This document shows positions 26,415 to 35,205 of a DNA stretch of 56,116 nt, piece by piece; position 1 is the first letter of the stretch; each line of letters starts with the position of its first letter. Source of the stretch: Elusimicrobiota bacterium (lineage in GTDB: Bacteria > Elusimicrobiota > Elusimicrobia > Elusimicrobiales > UBA9959); NCBI GenBank assembly GCA_027340875.1, contig DAIENX010000076.1:1-56116 (forward strand), given 5' to 3'. The notes under the pieces were generated by a model. That model was not told the DNA's origin. It ran no database searches and worked only from the letters and a program-made list of their open reading frames with translations. The translations under genes and the position numbers were made by a program.

Positions 26415-27185
26415 ATGCACAGAACACCGACCATCGCCGTAATACTGCTGGCTGCTCTGGCCGCGTCGGCCGCGGCCAAGGACTGGCGGTTCGGGGCCGG
26501 CGCCGCCTACGACTCCGGCAAGTACGGGACTGGCATCCGCACCGATTCCGTAAGCCTCCCTTTCACTCTCACCCGCTATTATCATTTCGGCGAGGTTTCC
26601 GCCACGGCCGCCTGGCTGAGGCAGAGCTCCAAAGGCCGCGTCACGCGGGTTTGGGGACTGCCCGCGCGGCTCCCCGCTACGCGCGGTCCGTCCTCCGCGG
26701 AATCCGGCCCAGGGGACATCCTTGTGCGCGGCACGCTGGCGCTGAAGACGGAGAAAGAGGACGCGTTCGACCTGGCGCTGGTCGGCAGGCTGAAGCTGCC
26801 CACGGCAGACAAGGATAAAGGGCTGGGCACCGGCCAGCTTGACCAGGGCGCCGGGCTGGAGTTCTCGAAGGATATAGCCGGAAGGTGGACGCTGCTGCTG
26901 AACGGCTACTACACGATAATCGGGGATCCAAGGAACTTTAATTTCAACAATGAGCTGGCCCTGGCGGCCGGCTTCAGGAAGCGTCTTAACGAGGTCCTGT
27001 CGCTGGAAGGGCTCTACGAGACCCGCAGCGCGCTGGTGGACGGAACCGACGATCCGCGCGACCTGCGCGGCCTGCTCACCTATACCAAAGCCGACGGCGA
27101 TGTCCTGAGCGCCGGACTTCTGCTGGGGCTTTCGGAGGGGAGTCCGTCAGTCGGCCTTTCCTTCGGTTTCAGTCGCAGGCTCTGA
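26415..27185 (+). CDS. Outer-membrane beta-barrel protein (transporter/MetA-pathway-like)
   Basis: Signal peptide; SGPGDI, KLPTAD...GLGTG motifs; alternating beta strands. Confidence 0.7.
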   Translation: MHRTPTIAVILLAALAASAAAKDWRFGAGAAYDSGKYGTGIRTDSVSLPFTLTRYYHFGEVSATAAWLRQSSKGRVTRVWGLPARLPATRGPSSAESGPGDILVRGTLALKTEKEDAFDLALVGRLKLPTADKDKGLGTGQLDQGAGLEFSKDIAGRWTLLLNGYYTIIGDPRNFNFNNELALAAGFRKRLNEVLSLEGLYETRSALVDGTDDPRDLRGLLTYTKADGDVLSAGLLLGLSEGSPSVGLSFGFSRRL

Positions 27186-27217
27186 GCCCTTTCTGCAGGA
27201 CCGATCATCCCGAAAAT

Positions 27218-27242
27218 AAAAAAAGCCCGGCCTGAGCCGGGC
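27218..27242 (-). terminator. Intrinsic terminator after PorV-like gene
   Basis: Minus strand GCCCGG-CTCAGG-CCGGGC-TTTTTTT. Confidence 0.7.
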
Positions 27243-27257
27243 GCCGCTGCGGGCGCG

Positions 27258-28205
27258 TCAGAACGCCATGGCCAGGCTGAGCTTCCTGGTGGTGTCGAAA
27301 TCCCCGAACGGGCTGAAGGAATAGTCCAGCCTCATCGACCCCGCGCTGAAACCTATGCCGCCGGACATCGCGCCCTGCGAACCGGAGGCCGCGGCCGCGT
27401 AGCCGCCGCGCAGCGCCAGGCCGCCGACGAGCGAGTATTCGGTCCCGATCGAGAAGGTGTTGCGGCGCTCGTTGACCATGCGGGTGAACTCCGCAGCCAG
27501 GTTCATCGTGGGGAGCACCGCCAGCGCGGCGCCGGCGCTCATCGAAAGGGGCAGCGCCTCGCGCTTCTCGGCGTACTTGAAGCCGCTGCCGAGGTTCCTC
27601 ACCGCGAGGCCCAGCTTCAGCGGGGAGGAGGCCGGCTTGTGGACCGCTCCGAGGTCGAAGGCCACCGCGGAGGCGCCGTAGCCGGCTATGTCGCTGGAAA
27701 GGAACTTGACCGACGCGCCCAGGCTGAAGCCGCCGGAGGTGCCGGCCAGGCCCAGTCCCAGGGCCTTATCGGCGGCGGAGAAGCCGCCAGAGCTGCCGCC
27801 GTCGGCGTTCCTGCCGTCCAGGCTGCCGTGGTCGAGACGCGTGAACGAGACGCCTGCTTTCAGGCCGGCTACGGGGAAGGCCGCGGCCGCGAAATCGTAT
27901 GAGCCGCCGAGGGCCCAGGCGGCGTGCGTGAGCGAGGCTCCGCGGGCCGACAGGGCCAGACCGCCGGGGTTGTAGTACATGGCCGCGGGGTCCGCCGCCA
28001 TCGCGGTGTACGCGGAGCCCATGGCGGAGGCCCGCGAGGCCGCGCCGATGTTCAGGAAGTCCGCGCCGCTCTCCAGGGCGTGCAGCAGGCTGGCGGAGGG
28101 GATGAGCAGGAAGGCCGCCGCCAGCAGCAGGGCGTAAGGCCTCGACAGCCAGTAGATAATGCTGTTGAGGACGTCCTTCTTGGTTCCCGAGTCCAGACAG
28201 TTCAT
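27258..28205 (-). CDS. PorV/PorQ (UPF0164) family outer-membrane beta-barrel
   Basis: FLNIGAASRASAMGSAYTA, YYNPGGL, LAVRNLG, ALRGGY, LDYSFSPFG motifs; C-terminal Phe. Confidence 0.82.
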   Translation of the reverse strand: MNCLDSGTKKDVLNSIIYWLSRPYALLLAAAFLLIPSASLLHALESGADFLNIGAASRASAMGSAYTAMAADPAAMYYNPGGLALSARGASLTHAAWALGGSYDFAAAAFPVAGLKAGVSFTRLDHGSLDGRNADGGSSGGFSAADKALGLGLAGTSGGFSLGASVKFLSSDIAGYGASAVAFDLGAVHKPASSPLKLGLAVRNLGSGFKYAEKREALPLSMSAGAALAVLPTMNLAAEFTRMVNERRNTFSIGTEYSLVGGLALRGGYAAAASGSQGAMSGGIGFSAGSMRLDYSFSPFGDFDTTRKLSLAMAF

Positions 28206-28209
28206 AGCG

Positions 28210-30585
28210 CTACCGGATGACGGCGAACTTGCCGGCTTTCCTTATCTTCTTCGCGCCGCCGTCGACCTCGGCGGAATAATAATAGACCCCGCTCGGCAGG
28301 CCCGAGCCAAGCGGCAGATCGTAACACTGCGCAGCGCCGCAGGCCGCCGGACCTCCGGAGACCGAGCTTTCATGCTCAAGCCGGCCGGAGGCGGTGTAGA
28401 CGCGGACGGAAGCCTTGCTGCCGCCGTTAACGGTCAGATGCAGCCTCGGCGACTGGCCAGGCAGGGCGGGGTTGGGGAAAGCGTAAACCTCGGAGACGGC
28501 GAACGCTTCCGGCAGGGCCGGAGGCGCTGGTATTGCCGGGATCCCGGGAGTAGGGGGCGCCGTAGTGGTGCTGACAGTTACTGGATCCGCGGCCGGGGCG
28601 GTGACGGTGTCTGCGACTACGGGGATCGCGGCCGGGGCGGTGACGGTGTCTACGACTACGGGGATCGCGGCCGGGGCGGTAATGGTGTCGATCGCCACTG
28701 GGGCCGCGATAGGCGGGGTAACGGTGGTCGTGTCGGCAGGCAACGGCGCCGCGGCGATGACCTGGTAAACCGAGAAATGCGCCACGTCGGCGCTTACCGT
28801 TCTGTCGGCTCTGGAGACGGCCGAGGGCAATATCTCCCATTCGCCAGTGGCGTCGTTCCAGTAGGCCACCTGCAGAGCGCTCTCGTCGACGCCTGCCGGC
28901 AGGGAAGCGGGGTCGTAGGGCAGAGATATCGTGACCGGCTTGTCGAAGACCATTCCGTGCGGGCCGAACTCGAAAGGCGCCGAAGCGGCCTCGAGACCGC
29001 GGGAGCCCATGCTCTTGCCGCGCCTGTCCTTCTCGCCCTGGGTCAGCCCCTCCTGGTCTTCCGGCGCAGCGGCCAGCAGCAGGTCCGGGTTACCCTTGAA
29101 CGCGCCCTTGGGTATGTTCACCTTTACCCCGCCCTGTCCCGTGCGCAGGCCGGCGCCGTTCTCCTGCGGGACGACGGGGGTTTTGGCGGTCTTGAGCGCT
29201 CTGTTCATGCTCTCGCCGCGGAAAGCCCGGCCGTCCGCGAGGAGGCCCTCTATCCCTATAGAGAAATCCCCCTCGGGGATAAGGTTGGCCACGGCCTGCC
29301 TGCTGAACTTTATCATCAGGTAGGTGATGCCCTGGAGACCGGTGAACTCCGTGCTGTCGCCGGTGTAGAGCTTGGCGGTCCACTTCGGATCGGGCGGTAT
29401 CGGCGCCACGGACTGCCCGTTGAGCGAGGTGATCTTCACGCTGGACGGGTCTACGGAGGCCGCGTCCGCCTCCGGCAGGCCCATGATCACGGTCACCCAC
29501 TTGCCGTTGGCCTTCTTGTTTATAACGTCGGGCGTCATCTGTACGAAGGCCCTGAGGTCCGTCTTGAGTTTGGAAAAATAAATATCGGGTATCGGATTGT
29601 CGATATACGAGGTGCCGCCGCCTATGGAGTACAGATAGTCGCCGTTTGAGACCGCGGCCAGCGAGAGCAGCCCCTTGGGCAGGGTGTTCAACGCCACCCA
29701 GGAGCCCAGGGTACCGTCCTGCGCGAAGGGCGCGAAGTAGACGGCGTTGGAGATCGCTCCGTCGAAGCCGCCGAGCATGTAGACGCTCTTGTCGCTGATC
29801 GCCATGCCGTAGAAGGCCACGGAGTCCGGCAGGGAAGGCTGCAGCTGCCAGTCCCCGAGCGTGCCGTCCGCGTTGGCTGCGGCCGAGTAGACCGCGCCCG
29901 ACAGGCCGGTGGCGCCGCCGCCGGCGGAGTAGAGCGAGGACCCGGTTGAGCCGCCCAGCACGAAGAGGCGGCCGCCGCGGGCGAAGGAAGTGTGGCCGAA
30001 CAGCGAGACCGGCAGCGGCTTCTCCGCGCGCCAGGCGCCGAGGGTGCCGTCGGGGTTCACCGCCGCCGACCAGGTCTTGCCGGTGGCGCCGGAATTAGCC
30101 GAGATGCCGCCGACGATATAGAGGCGGTCGTTGAGCACCGCCGCGGCAAGGGCGTAGATCCTCTCCGGCAGGTAGGTCCCGCGCTGCCAGCCGGCAAGCG
30201 TGCCGTCCGCGTTGGTGCCGGAGAAGTAGACGGTGTTGCGCGAGCCGTAGCGGTTGGTCCCGCCGATCACGTAGAGCCTGCCGTTATAGACCGCGGCCGC
30301 GTGCATGCCGAGGCCGAGGAACTCCGGCATAGGGCTGGCCGCCTGCCAGGGGCCCAGCTGCCCGTCGGGGAGTATCTGAGCGCAATAGTAGACGTTGTTG
30401 AGGTAGTTAGGCGCAGAGTCGCTGCTGATGCCGCCGGCCACGTAGACGCGGCCGTCCAGCGTCACGGCGGTGTGGGAGAGAAGGGAGCGGGGGAGGGGCA
30501 TCGTGGGCTGGAACTGCGCGAAGGCCGCGGACGACAGTATCGCCGACGCCGCCGCTAGTGCCAGTCTGGTGTAATTCCTGCCCAT
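28210..30585 (-). CDS. Secreted Kelch beta-propeller protein with ZU5-like domain and T9SS-CTD/FlgD-like C-terminal domain
   Basis: Signal peptide; about six Kelch repeats (LYxxGG...DGTLGxW); FGPHGMVFDKPVTISLPY...AHFS; YAFPNP...SGVYYY...GKFAVIR. Confidence 0.82.
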   Translation of the reverse strand: MGRNYTRLALAAASAILSSAAFAQFQPTMPLPRSLLSHTAVTLDGRVYVAGGISSDSAPNYLNNVYYCAQILPDGQLGPWQAASPMPEFLGLGMHAAAVYNGRLYVIGGTNRYGSRNTVYFSGTNADGTLAGWQRGTYLPERIYALAAAVLNDRLYIVGGISANSGATGKTWSAAVNPDGTLGAWRAEKPLPVSLFGHTSFARGGRLFVLGGSTGSSLYSAGGGATGLSGAVYSAAANADGTLGDWQLQPSLPDSVAFYGMAISDKSVYMLGGFDGAISNAVYFAPFAQDGTLGSWVALNTLPKGLLSLAAVSNGDYLYSIGGGTSYIDNPIPDIYFSKLKTDLRAFVQMTPDVINKKANGKWVTVIMGLPEADAASVDPSSVKITSLNGQSVAPIPPDPKWTAKLYTGDSTEFTGLQGITYLMIKFSRQAVANLIPEGDFSIGIEGLLADGRAFRGESMNRALKTAKTPVVPQENGAGLRTGQGGVKVNIPKGAFKGNPDLLLAAAPEDQEGLTQGEKDRRGKSMGSRGLEAASAPFEFGPHGMVFDKPVTISLPYDPASLPAGVDESALQVAYWNDATGEWEILPSAVSRADRTVSADVAHFSVYQVIAAAPLPADTTTVTPPIAAPVAIDTITAPAAIPVVVDTVTAPAAIPVVADTVTAPAADPVTVSTTTAPPTPGIPAIPAPPALPEAFAVSEVYAFPNPALPGQSPRLHLTVNGGSKASVRVYTASGRLEHESSVSGGPAACGAAQCYDLPLGSGLPSGVYYYSAEVDGGAKKIRKAGKFAVIR
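28588..28689. repeat. 39-bp intragenic tandem repeat (about 2.6 copies) encoding a 13-aa T/P/A/V linker
   Basis: Units start at 28588, 28627, 28666 (CGCGGCCGGGGCGGTGACGGTGTCT.CGACTACGGGGAT). Confidence 0.9.
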
Positions 30586-30602
30586 ATATCCCCGGGTGCA
30601 AT

Positions 30603-30649
30603 AAAAAAAGCCGAATACGGAAGTCGCGCTTCAACTTCTGTGTTCGGCA
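30603..30649 (-). terminator. Intrinsic terminator forming the riboswitch expression platform
   Basis: Minus strand GCCGAACACAGAAGT...ACTTCCGTATTCGGC-TTTTTTT between aptamer and start codon. Confidence 0.75.
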
Positions 30650-30678
30650 GCCTGGCCGGCAAATAGACCCAACTTCCA

Positions 30679-30772
30679 CTTTCGGCAGCCCGTCCGGCTA
30701 AGACACTGGGTCTTTTTAGCCCCGCGGCTTTGCGCCCCCGGCCTTTCGTCCCGGGTTTGCTATTATCGTTTC
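30679..30772 (-). promoter_or_regulatory. GEMM-I cyclic-dinucleotide riboswitch (A20 variant)
   Basis: Minus strand CGATAATAGCAAACCCGGGACGAAAGGCCGGGGGCGCAAAGCCGCGGGGCTAA...GGGCTGCCGAAA fits the c-di-GMP-I fold. Confidence 0.9.
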
Positions 30773-30775
30773 TAT

Positions 30776-30804
30776 GTTATAGCAGACGCCCCGGCGATTT
30801 TCAA
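30776..30804 (-). promoter_or_regulatory. sigma70 promoter for riboswitch-Kelch-PorV transcript
   Basis: TTGAAA-N17-TATAAC on minus strand. Confidence 0.75.
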
Positions 30805-30874
30805 GGGTGCGACTTTGTATATCATGATACATCTGCCGGGGAGCCAGGCCATCTTTTTTCTATAATTCCGGTAT

Positions 30875-32590
30875 ATGGGAGACGGGTCCGGACTGAAAGA
30901 CAAAATCTGGCTCTCGGCCGGGGTTCTGGCCGCGGTCGGGGCAGTGGCCATGCCGGTTCTCAACCCGGACCTGTATTGGCATCTCTCGGCCGGGAAGTAC
31001 CTAACCGCCAACCTGGGGCTGCCCTCTTCCGACTTCCTGTCCTGGACCGAATACGGGACCGGGTGGACGGATTTCGAGTGGCTGGCGCAACTGCTGTACT
31101 ACGCGGGGTATTCGCTGGCCGGCATAAGCGGGCTTTTCGTCCTGAAGATGCTGCTGCTCTCCGCGGTCTTCCCGGCCTTCTATCTTTTCCTGGCGGATGC
31201 AGGCCTTTCCTGGCTGGCCTTCTTCGCGCTGCCGCTCTGGGGCCTGGTCGTCATGCCCAACTCCGACCTGCGGCCGGAGAACTTCAGCGTGCTCTTCTTC
31301 GCCATGCTGCTGCTGCGGCTGGAGCGGGCCCGCGTTTCCGGCCGCCCCTGGCCCTCCTCTCCGGCCGGCTTCATCGGCCTGGCGCTGTTCTTCGCGCTAT
31401 GGGCCAACCTGCACGCCGGCTTCGCCTACGGCCTGCTGCTGCTGGCCTCTTATTCCGCCGGGGCCTGGGCGGATTCGCGGTTATGGCCTTCCGGTCCCTC
31501 CGCCGGCGGTACCGCCGCCGGGGCCGGCGCGGCGGCCGCGTTCATCGGGTCGACCCTGAACCCTTGGGGCTTCGGCCTCTACGGCATACTTTACCGGCAC
31601 GCCGCCGACTCGGCCGCGCTTTCCAGATACCTGTCCGAATGGGCCCCGCCGTCGTTGTCGAACCCCTGGCACTGGCCGTTCATGGCGCTGCTGGCGGCCT
31701 CGCTGCTGCTCCTTCTCCGGCGTTTCCTTAAGGAACGGTCGCTGCCGCTGGCGCAGCTGCTGTGCCTGGGCTGGCTGGCCTTAGAGGCCTCCCGCCATAC
31801 CAGGCAGATAGTCTTCTTCGGACTGGCCGCGGTAGTCTTCTCGCTGGACTCGGCGGTAAAGCTTTGGGAACCCGGCCTGCTGGCCAGGCGCGGGAAGGTC
31901 TTGCTGGTGCTGTGCCTGGCCTATCTCGCGCTGCTGGTCTGGCCGCGTTACCTGTCCTTCCGGAGCAGCATAGGGGCCGAGGCTTCGGGCGCCGCGGCCT
32001 ATCTGAAGTCCGAGGCGTCCGTGCTGGGCGGCAGGCGGCTGTACAATCCGTGGACCTGGGGCGGCTACCTCGGCTGGGCGCTGGCTCCTGAGTACAGGGT
32101 CTTCACCGACGGCAGGTATCTCTTCCACAAGTACCTGGTGCCGGTCAGCGAGGCTATGAGGGACCAGGACGCATGGGACAGGTTCGCGGCGGAAAAGGGC
32201 TTCGATATCGTGATCTTCCGGCGCGACTACTCCATGCTCCCTTATATGCAGAGGGCCGGGAAGGCTTCCGTGACGGTACGTCGGCCGTCCTACCTGATCT
32301 TCATGCCGGAGAATAAATGGGCGCTGCTCTACTGGGACGCTTTCTCGGTGGTATTCGGCCGCCGCGGCAGGCCGCTGCCGCCGGAGTTCCGCTTCCTGCG
32401 GCCCGACGACGAGGAGAGCCTGAAGCTCGCGCTCTGCTCGGGGACGCTGAAGGCCGACGCCGTAAGCGGGGAGCTGGCGCGCTACTACGCGGCCGCCGCC
32501 GGCGCGCACTCGACGCGCGAGGCCGACCTGTTCAGGCTCTGGCTGGCCGGCTATCCCGGCGCCTGCGCTACGTTGAATCGGGGCCAATAA
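30875..32590 (+). CDS. Polytopic membrane protein, GT-C-type glycosyltransferase-like
   Basis: PDLYWHL, FEWLAQ, LRPE, LWANLHAGF, VFTDGR motifs; many TM helices. Confidence 0.7.
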   Translation: MGDGSGLKDKIWLSAGVLAAVGAVAMPVLNPDLYWHLSAGKYLTANLGLPSSDFLSWTEYGTGWTDFEWLAQLLYYAGYSLAGISGLFVLKMLLLSAVFPAFYLFLADAGLSWLAFFALPLWGLVVMPNSDLRPENFSVLFFAMLLLRLERARVSGRPWPSSPAGFIGLALFFALWANLHAGFAYGLLLLASYSAGAWADSRLWPSGPSAGGTAAGAGAAAAFIGSTLNPWGFGLYGILYRHAADSAALSRYLSEWAPPSLSNPWHWPFMALLAASLLLLLRRFLKERSLPLAQLLCLGWLALEASRHTRQIVFFGLAAVVFSLDSAVKLWEPGLLARRGKVLLVLCLAYLALLVWPRYLSFRSSIGAEASGAAAYLKSEASVLGGRRLYNPWTWGGYLGWALAPEYRVFTDGRYLFHKYLVPVSEAMRDQDAWDRFAAEKGFDIVIFRRDYSMLPYMQRAGKASVTVRRPSYLIFMPENKWALLYWDAFSVVFGRRGRPLPPEFRFLRPDDEESLKLALCSGTLKADAVSGELARYYAAAAGAHSTREADLFRLWLAGYPGACATLNRGQ

Positions 32591-32608
32591 TATAATATCG
32601 TTTGTAAT

Positions 32609-33958
32609 GTGAAAGTCTACAGGCCCAGCGCCCTGACGAAGGCCGCAGTGCCGGCCGCCATCCTGCTGGGGGCCGGACTGTCCCTCTGGGAGTGGCCTTC
32701 CCATTTCCTCTGGATCTATCCGCTCTGCGGCTTCCTTTTCATGTGGTTCTCCTGGACCGGCGAGAAGGAGGTGAAGTACATCTTCCTGTTCCTGGTCACC
32801 GCGGCCGGCCTCACGCTGCCCAAGTTAGCCGGGCGCGTCGGGGACCCGCTGGAGCTCTACGCGGCCGCCATAGGGGAGACCCTCTGCGTCTGGCTGCTCT
32901 TCTTCGCGCTCTCGCTGGCCGAGAAGTCCAGCAGGTCCGCGGGAGAGCAGCTGGCCGAAGAGGAGGCTTCGGCCGAGGGCAGGATACGCGCGCTGGAGGA
33001 CGAGCTCTCCCGCTACCGCATGCACCTTGAGAGCACCCTGGCCCGCATCCGCGACAAGGGAGCGCTCTCCTCGGCCATGCAGGACATGGGCCTGGCCTCT
33101 ACCCCCGACGAGGTGAAGGCGCGGCTGGAAACCCTGCTGAAGAACTATTTCCCCGGCGCGGCCGTGGAGCTGCGCTCCGGCGCGCCCAAGGACTTCGCGG
33201 ACAGCTGGGTGGCGGAGCGCAAGATACCGCTGCTGGTCAGGAACGCGGACGGGGACACCCGCCTGCCCAAAGGCCTGCTGGGCCCGGCGGAGCGCTCGTT
33301 CATGGCCCTGCCGCTGCACCTGTTCGGCCGGCTGGTGGGCTTCGTGCGGGCCTCCGCGCCGGAGCCTGACCGTTTCCGCGCCGAGGACCTGCGCGGCGCG
33401 GAGCTCGCGTGCACGCTGGCCGGCGTCAGCATGGAGAACATCTACCTCTTCGACAAGGTCAACGAGCTGGCCATCAAGGACGCGCTGACCGGTCTCTACA
33501 CGCACCGCGCCTTCCAGTCCAGGCTGGAGGAGGAGATACTGCGGTCGGCCCGCACGAAGGTGCCGTTCTGCGTGGTGATGGCGGACATAGACCATTTCAA
33601 GTCCTACAACGACAACTTCGGCCACCAGGCCGGCGACGCCGTGCTGAGGGCCGTGGCCGAGACGCTCTCGGCCGGAGTGCGCGACATAGACTTCGCCGCG
33701 CGCTACGGCGGCGAGGAGTTCGCGCTGATAATAACCGGCGCGGGCAAGGCCGACGCGGCGGCCGCGGCCGAGCGTATCCGGCTGGCGCTCGAGGCTCGCG
33801 CGTTCTCCTTCGGCGGAAAGCCTTCCCGCGTTACGGCCAGCTTCGGCGTGGCCGAATTCCCGACCGAGGCCGTGGCGGGCGGCCAGCTGGTGCGCGCCGC
33901 CGATGAGAGGCTTTACCGCGCCAAGCAGGGCGGACGCAACAGGGTGGTGGCGGCATGA
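32609..33958 (+). CDS. Membrane-bound GAF-GGDEF diguanylate cyclase
   Basis: DALTGL, DIDHFKSYNDNFGHQAGD, RDID (RxxD I-site), RYGGEEF. Confidence 0.93.
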   Translation: MKVYRPSALTKAAVPAAILLGAGLSLWEWPSHFLWIYPLCGFLFMWFSWTGEKEVKYIFLFLVTAAGLTLPKLAGRVGDPLELYAAAIGETLCVWLLFFALSLAEKSSRSAGEQLAEEEASAEGRIRALEDELSRYRMHLESTLARIRDKGALSSAMQDMGLASTPDEVKARLETLLKNYFPGAAVELRSGAPKDFADSWVAERKIPLLVRNADGDTRLPKGLLGPAERSFMALPLHLFGRLVGFVRASAPEPDRFRAEDLRGAELACTLAGVSMENIYLFDKVNELAIKDALTGLYTHRAFQSRLEEEILRSARTKVPFCVVMADIDHFKSYNDNFGHQAGDAVLRAVAETLSAGVRDIDFAARYGGEEFALIITGAGKADAAAAAERIRLALEARAFSFGGKPSRVTASFGVAEFPTEAVAGGQLVRAADERLYRAKQGGRNRVVAA

Positions 33959-35193
33959 GCGGCGCCGAGCTCTGGGTGGTGGCGGCCGCGGCTTCGCCGC
34001 TGCTCTCCTATTTCATCGGCCGCCTGAGCCGGGCGGCCGGGCTGATAGCGGCCGCGGGCCTTTTTATCTTTTCGTCCTTCATGCTGCGCGGAGAGATCTA
34101 CGCCGGCGCGCCCTGGCTGGCGTTGTTTTTCTGGGTGGCCGCGGCGCTGGCGCATTCACTGATGCTGAACGGCAGCGTCGGCGCGCCGCGCGACCGCTCC
34201 GCCCTGCAGAAATCCCTGGCCAGGGCCGCGGAACTGGAGGCCGACCTGGCCCGCATAAAGACCGAGACAACCCTGAACGCCGCAGGCGAGAAGCGCTCGC
34301 TGGCCGTCTACTCTGCGGTCAAGGTGCTCTCCGAGACCATAGACCCGCCTTCGGCGGCCAAGCAGCTGGGCAAGTACCTGGCGGACTATTTCGGCACGCA
34401 GGAGACCGCGCTCTACGTCTACGGCGCCGGCGGCGCGCTCGAGGCCTTCGCGCAGGCGCCGGGCGGCCGCGGCCTGCCTTCCCCGGCGGAGGCCGCCGGG
34501 ATGGCCGGCGGCTTTCCCGGCGCGCCAGTCACGGTCTCTGGCACCGTTCTCGCGCCGGTAGCGGCCGGCGGCCTGGCGCTGGGCCTGCTCGCGGTACGCG
34601 ACGCGGACGACGCGGCTGAGGCCGCCGGGAAGTTCGCCTCGGAGATAGCCTTCGCGCTGAAGCGCGTGATGCTGTTCAGGCAGGTGGAGTGGCTCTCGCA
34701 GACCGACGGCCTCACCGGGCTCTGGCGGCGCGGCGCGCTGGACGAGAAGGTGCGCGAGGAACTGCGGCGCGCCGCCGCGTTCAAGAGCACGGCCGCCTTC
34801 ATGATAGCGGACATAGACCATTTCAAGCGCCTCAACGACACCTACGGCCACCAGTTCGGCGACGCCGTGATAAGGCGCGTGGCCGAGCTGCTGAGGGCCG
34901 GCGTGTACGAGACCGACTTCGTCGGCCGCTACGGTGGCGAGGAGTTCGGCATAGTGCTGCCCCGGGCCGAACCCGCCGGCGTGCTGCGCAAGGCCGAGGC
35001 GATCCGCGCCCGAATCGAGGCGGAGCCTTTCTCGCAGGGCCTCGACAGGGTGAAGCTCACCGTGTCCATCGGCATAGCCCATTTCCCGCGCGACGGCCGG
35101 ACCCCGGAGGAGCTGATAGCCCGGGCCGACGCCGCGCTTTACGCCGCCAAGGAAGGCGGCCGCAACCGCGTAGCGGACGCGGGCAGCCTGTAG
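33955..35193 (+). CDS. Membrane-bound GGDEF diguanylate cyclase lacking RxxD I-site
   Basis: DGLTGL, DIDHFKRLNDTYGHQFGD, YETD, RYGGEEF; ATGA overlap with upstream gene. Confidence 0.93.
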   Translation: MSGAELWVVAAAASPLLSYFIGRLSRAAGLIAAAGLFIFSSFMLRGEIYAGAPWLALFFWVAAALAHSLMLNGSVGAPRDRSALQKSLARAAELEADLARIKTETTLNAAGEKRSLAVYSAVKVLSETIDPPSAAKQLGKYLADYFGTQETALYVYGAGGALEAFAQAPGGRGLPSPAEAAGMAGGFPGAPVTVSGTVLAPVAAGGLALGLLAVRDADDAAEAAGKFASEIAFALKRVMLFRQVEWLSQTDGLTGLWRRGALDEKVREELRRAAAFKSTAAFMIADIDHFKRLNDTYGHQFGDAVIRRVAELLRAGVYETDFVGRYGGEEFGIVLPRAEPAGVLRKAEAIRARIEAEPFSQGLDRVKLTVSIGIAHFPRDGRTPEELIARADAALYAAKEGGRNRVADAGSL

Positions 35194-35205
35194 CCTGGAG
35201 GAAAA

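Noticed and set aside
28588..28689. CRISPR-like array
   Set aside because: Contiguous 39-bp in-frame coding repeats without spacers; no cas genes
23873..30585. Genomic island integrated at tmRNA (or at tRNA-Arg 53227)
   Set aside because: No integrase and no duplicated 3' end (att site) seen; composition not obviously different
32609..35193. GGDEF proteins as Hypr (cGAMP-forming) enzymes matching the A20 riboswitch
   Set aside because: Both keep the canonical Asp (GHQAGD, GHQFGD) rather than Ser/Thr
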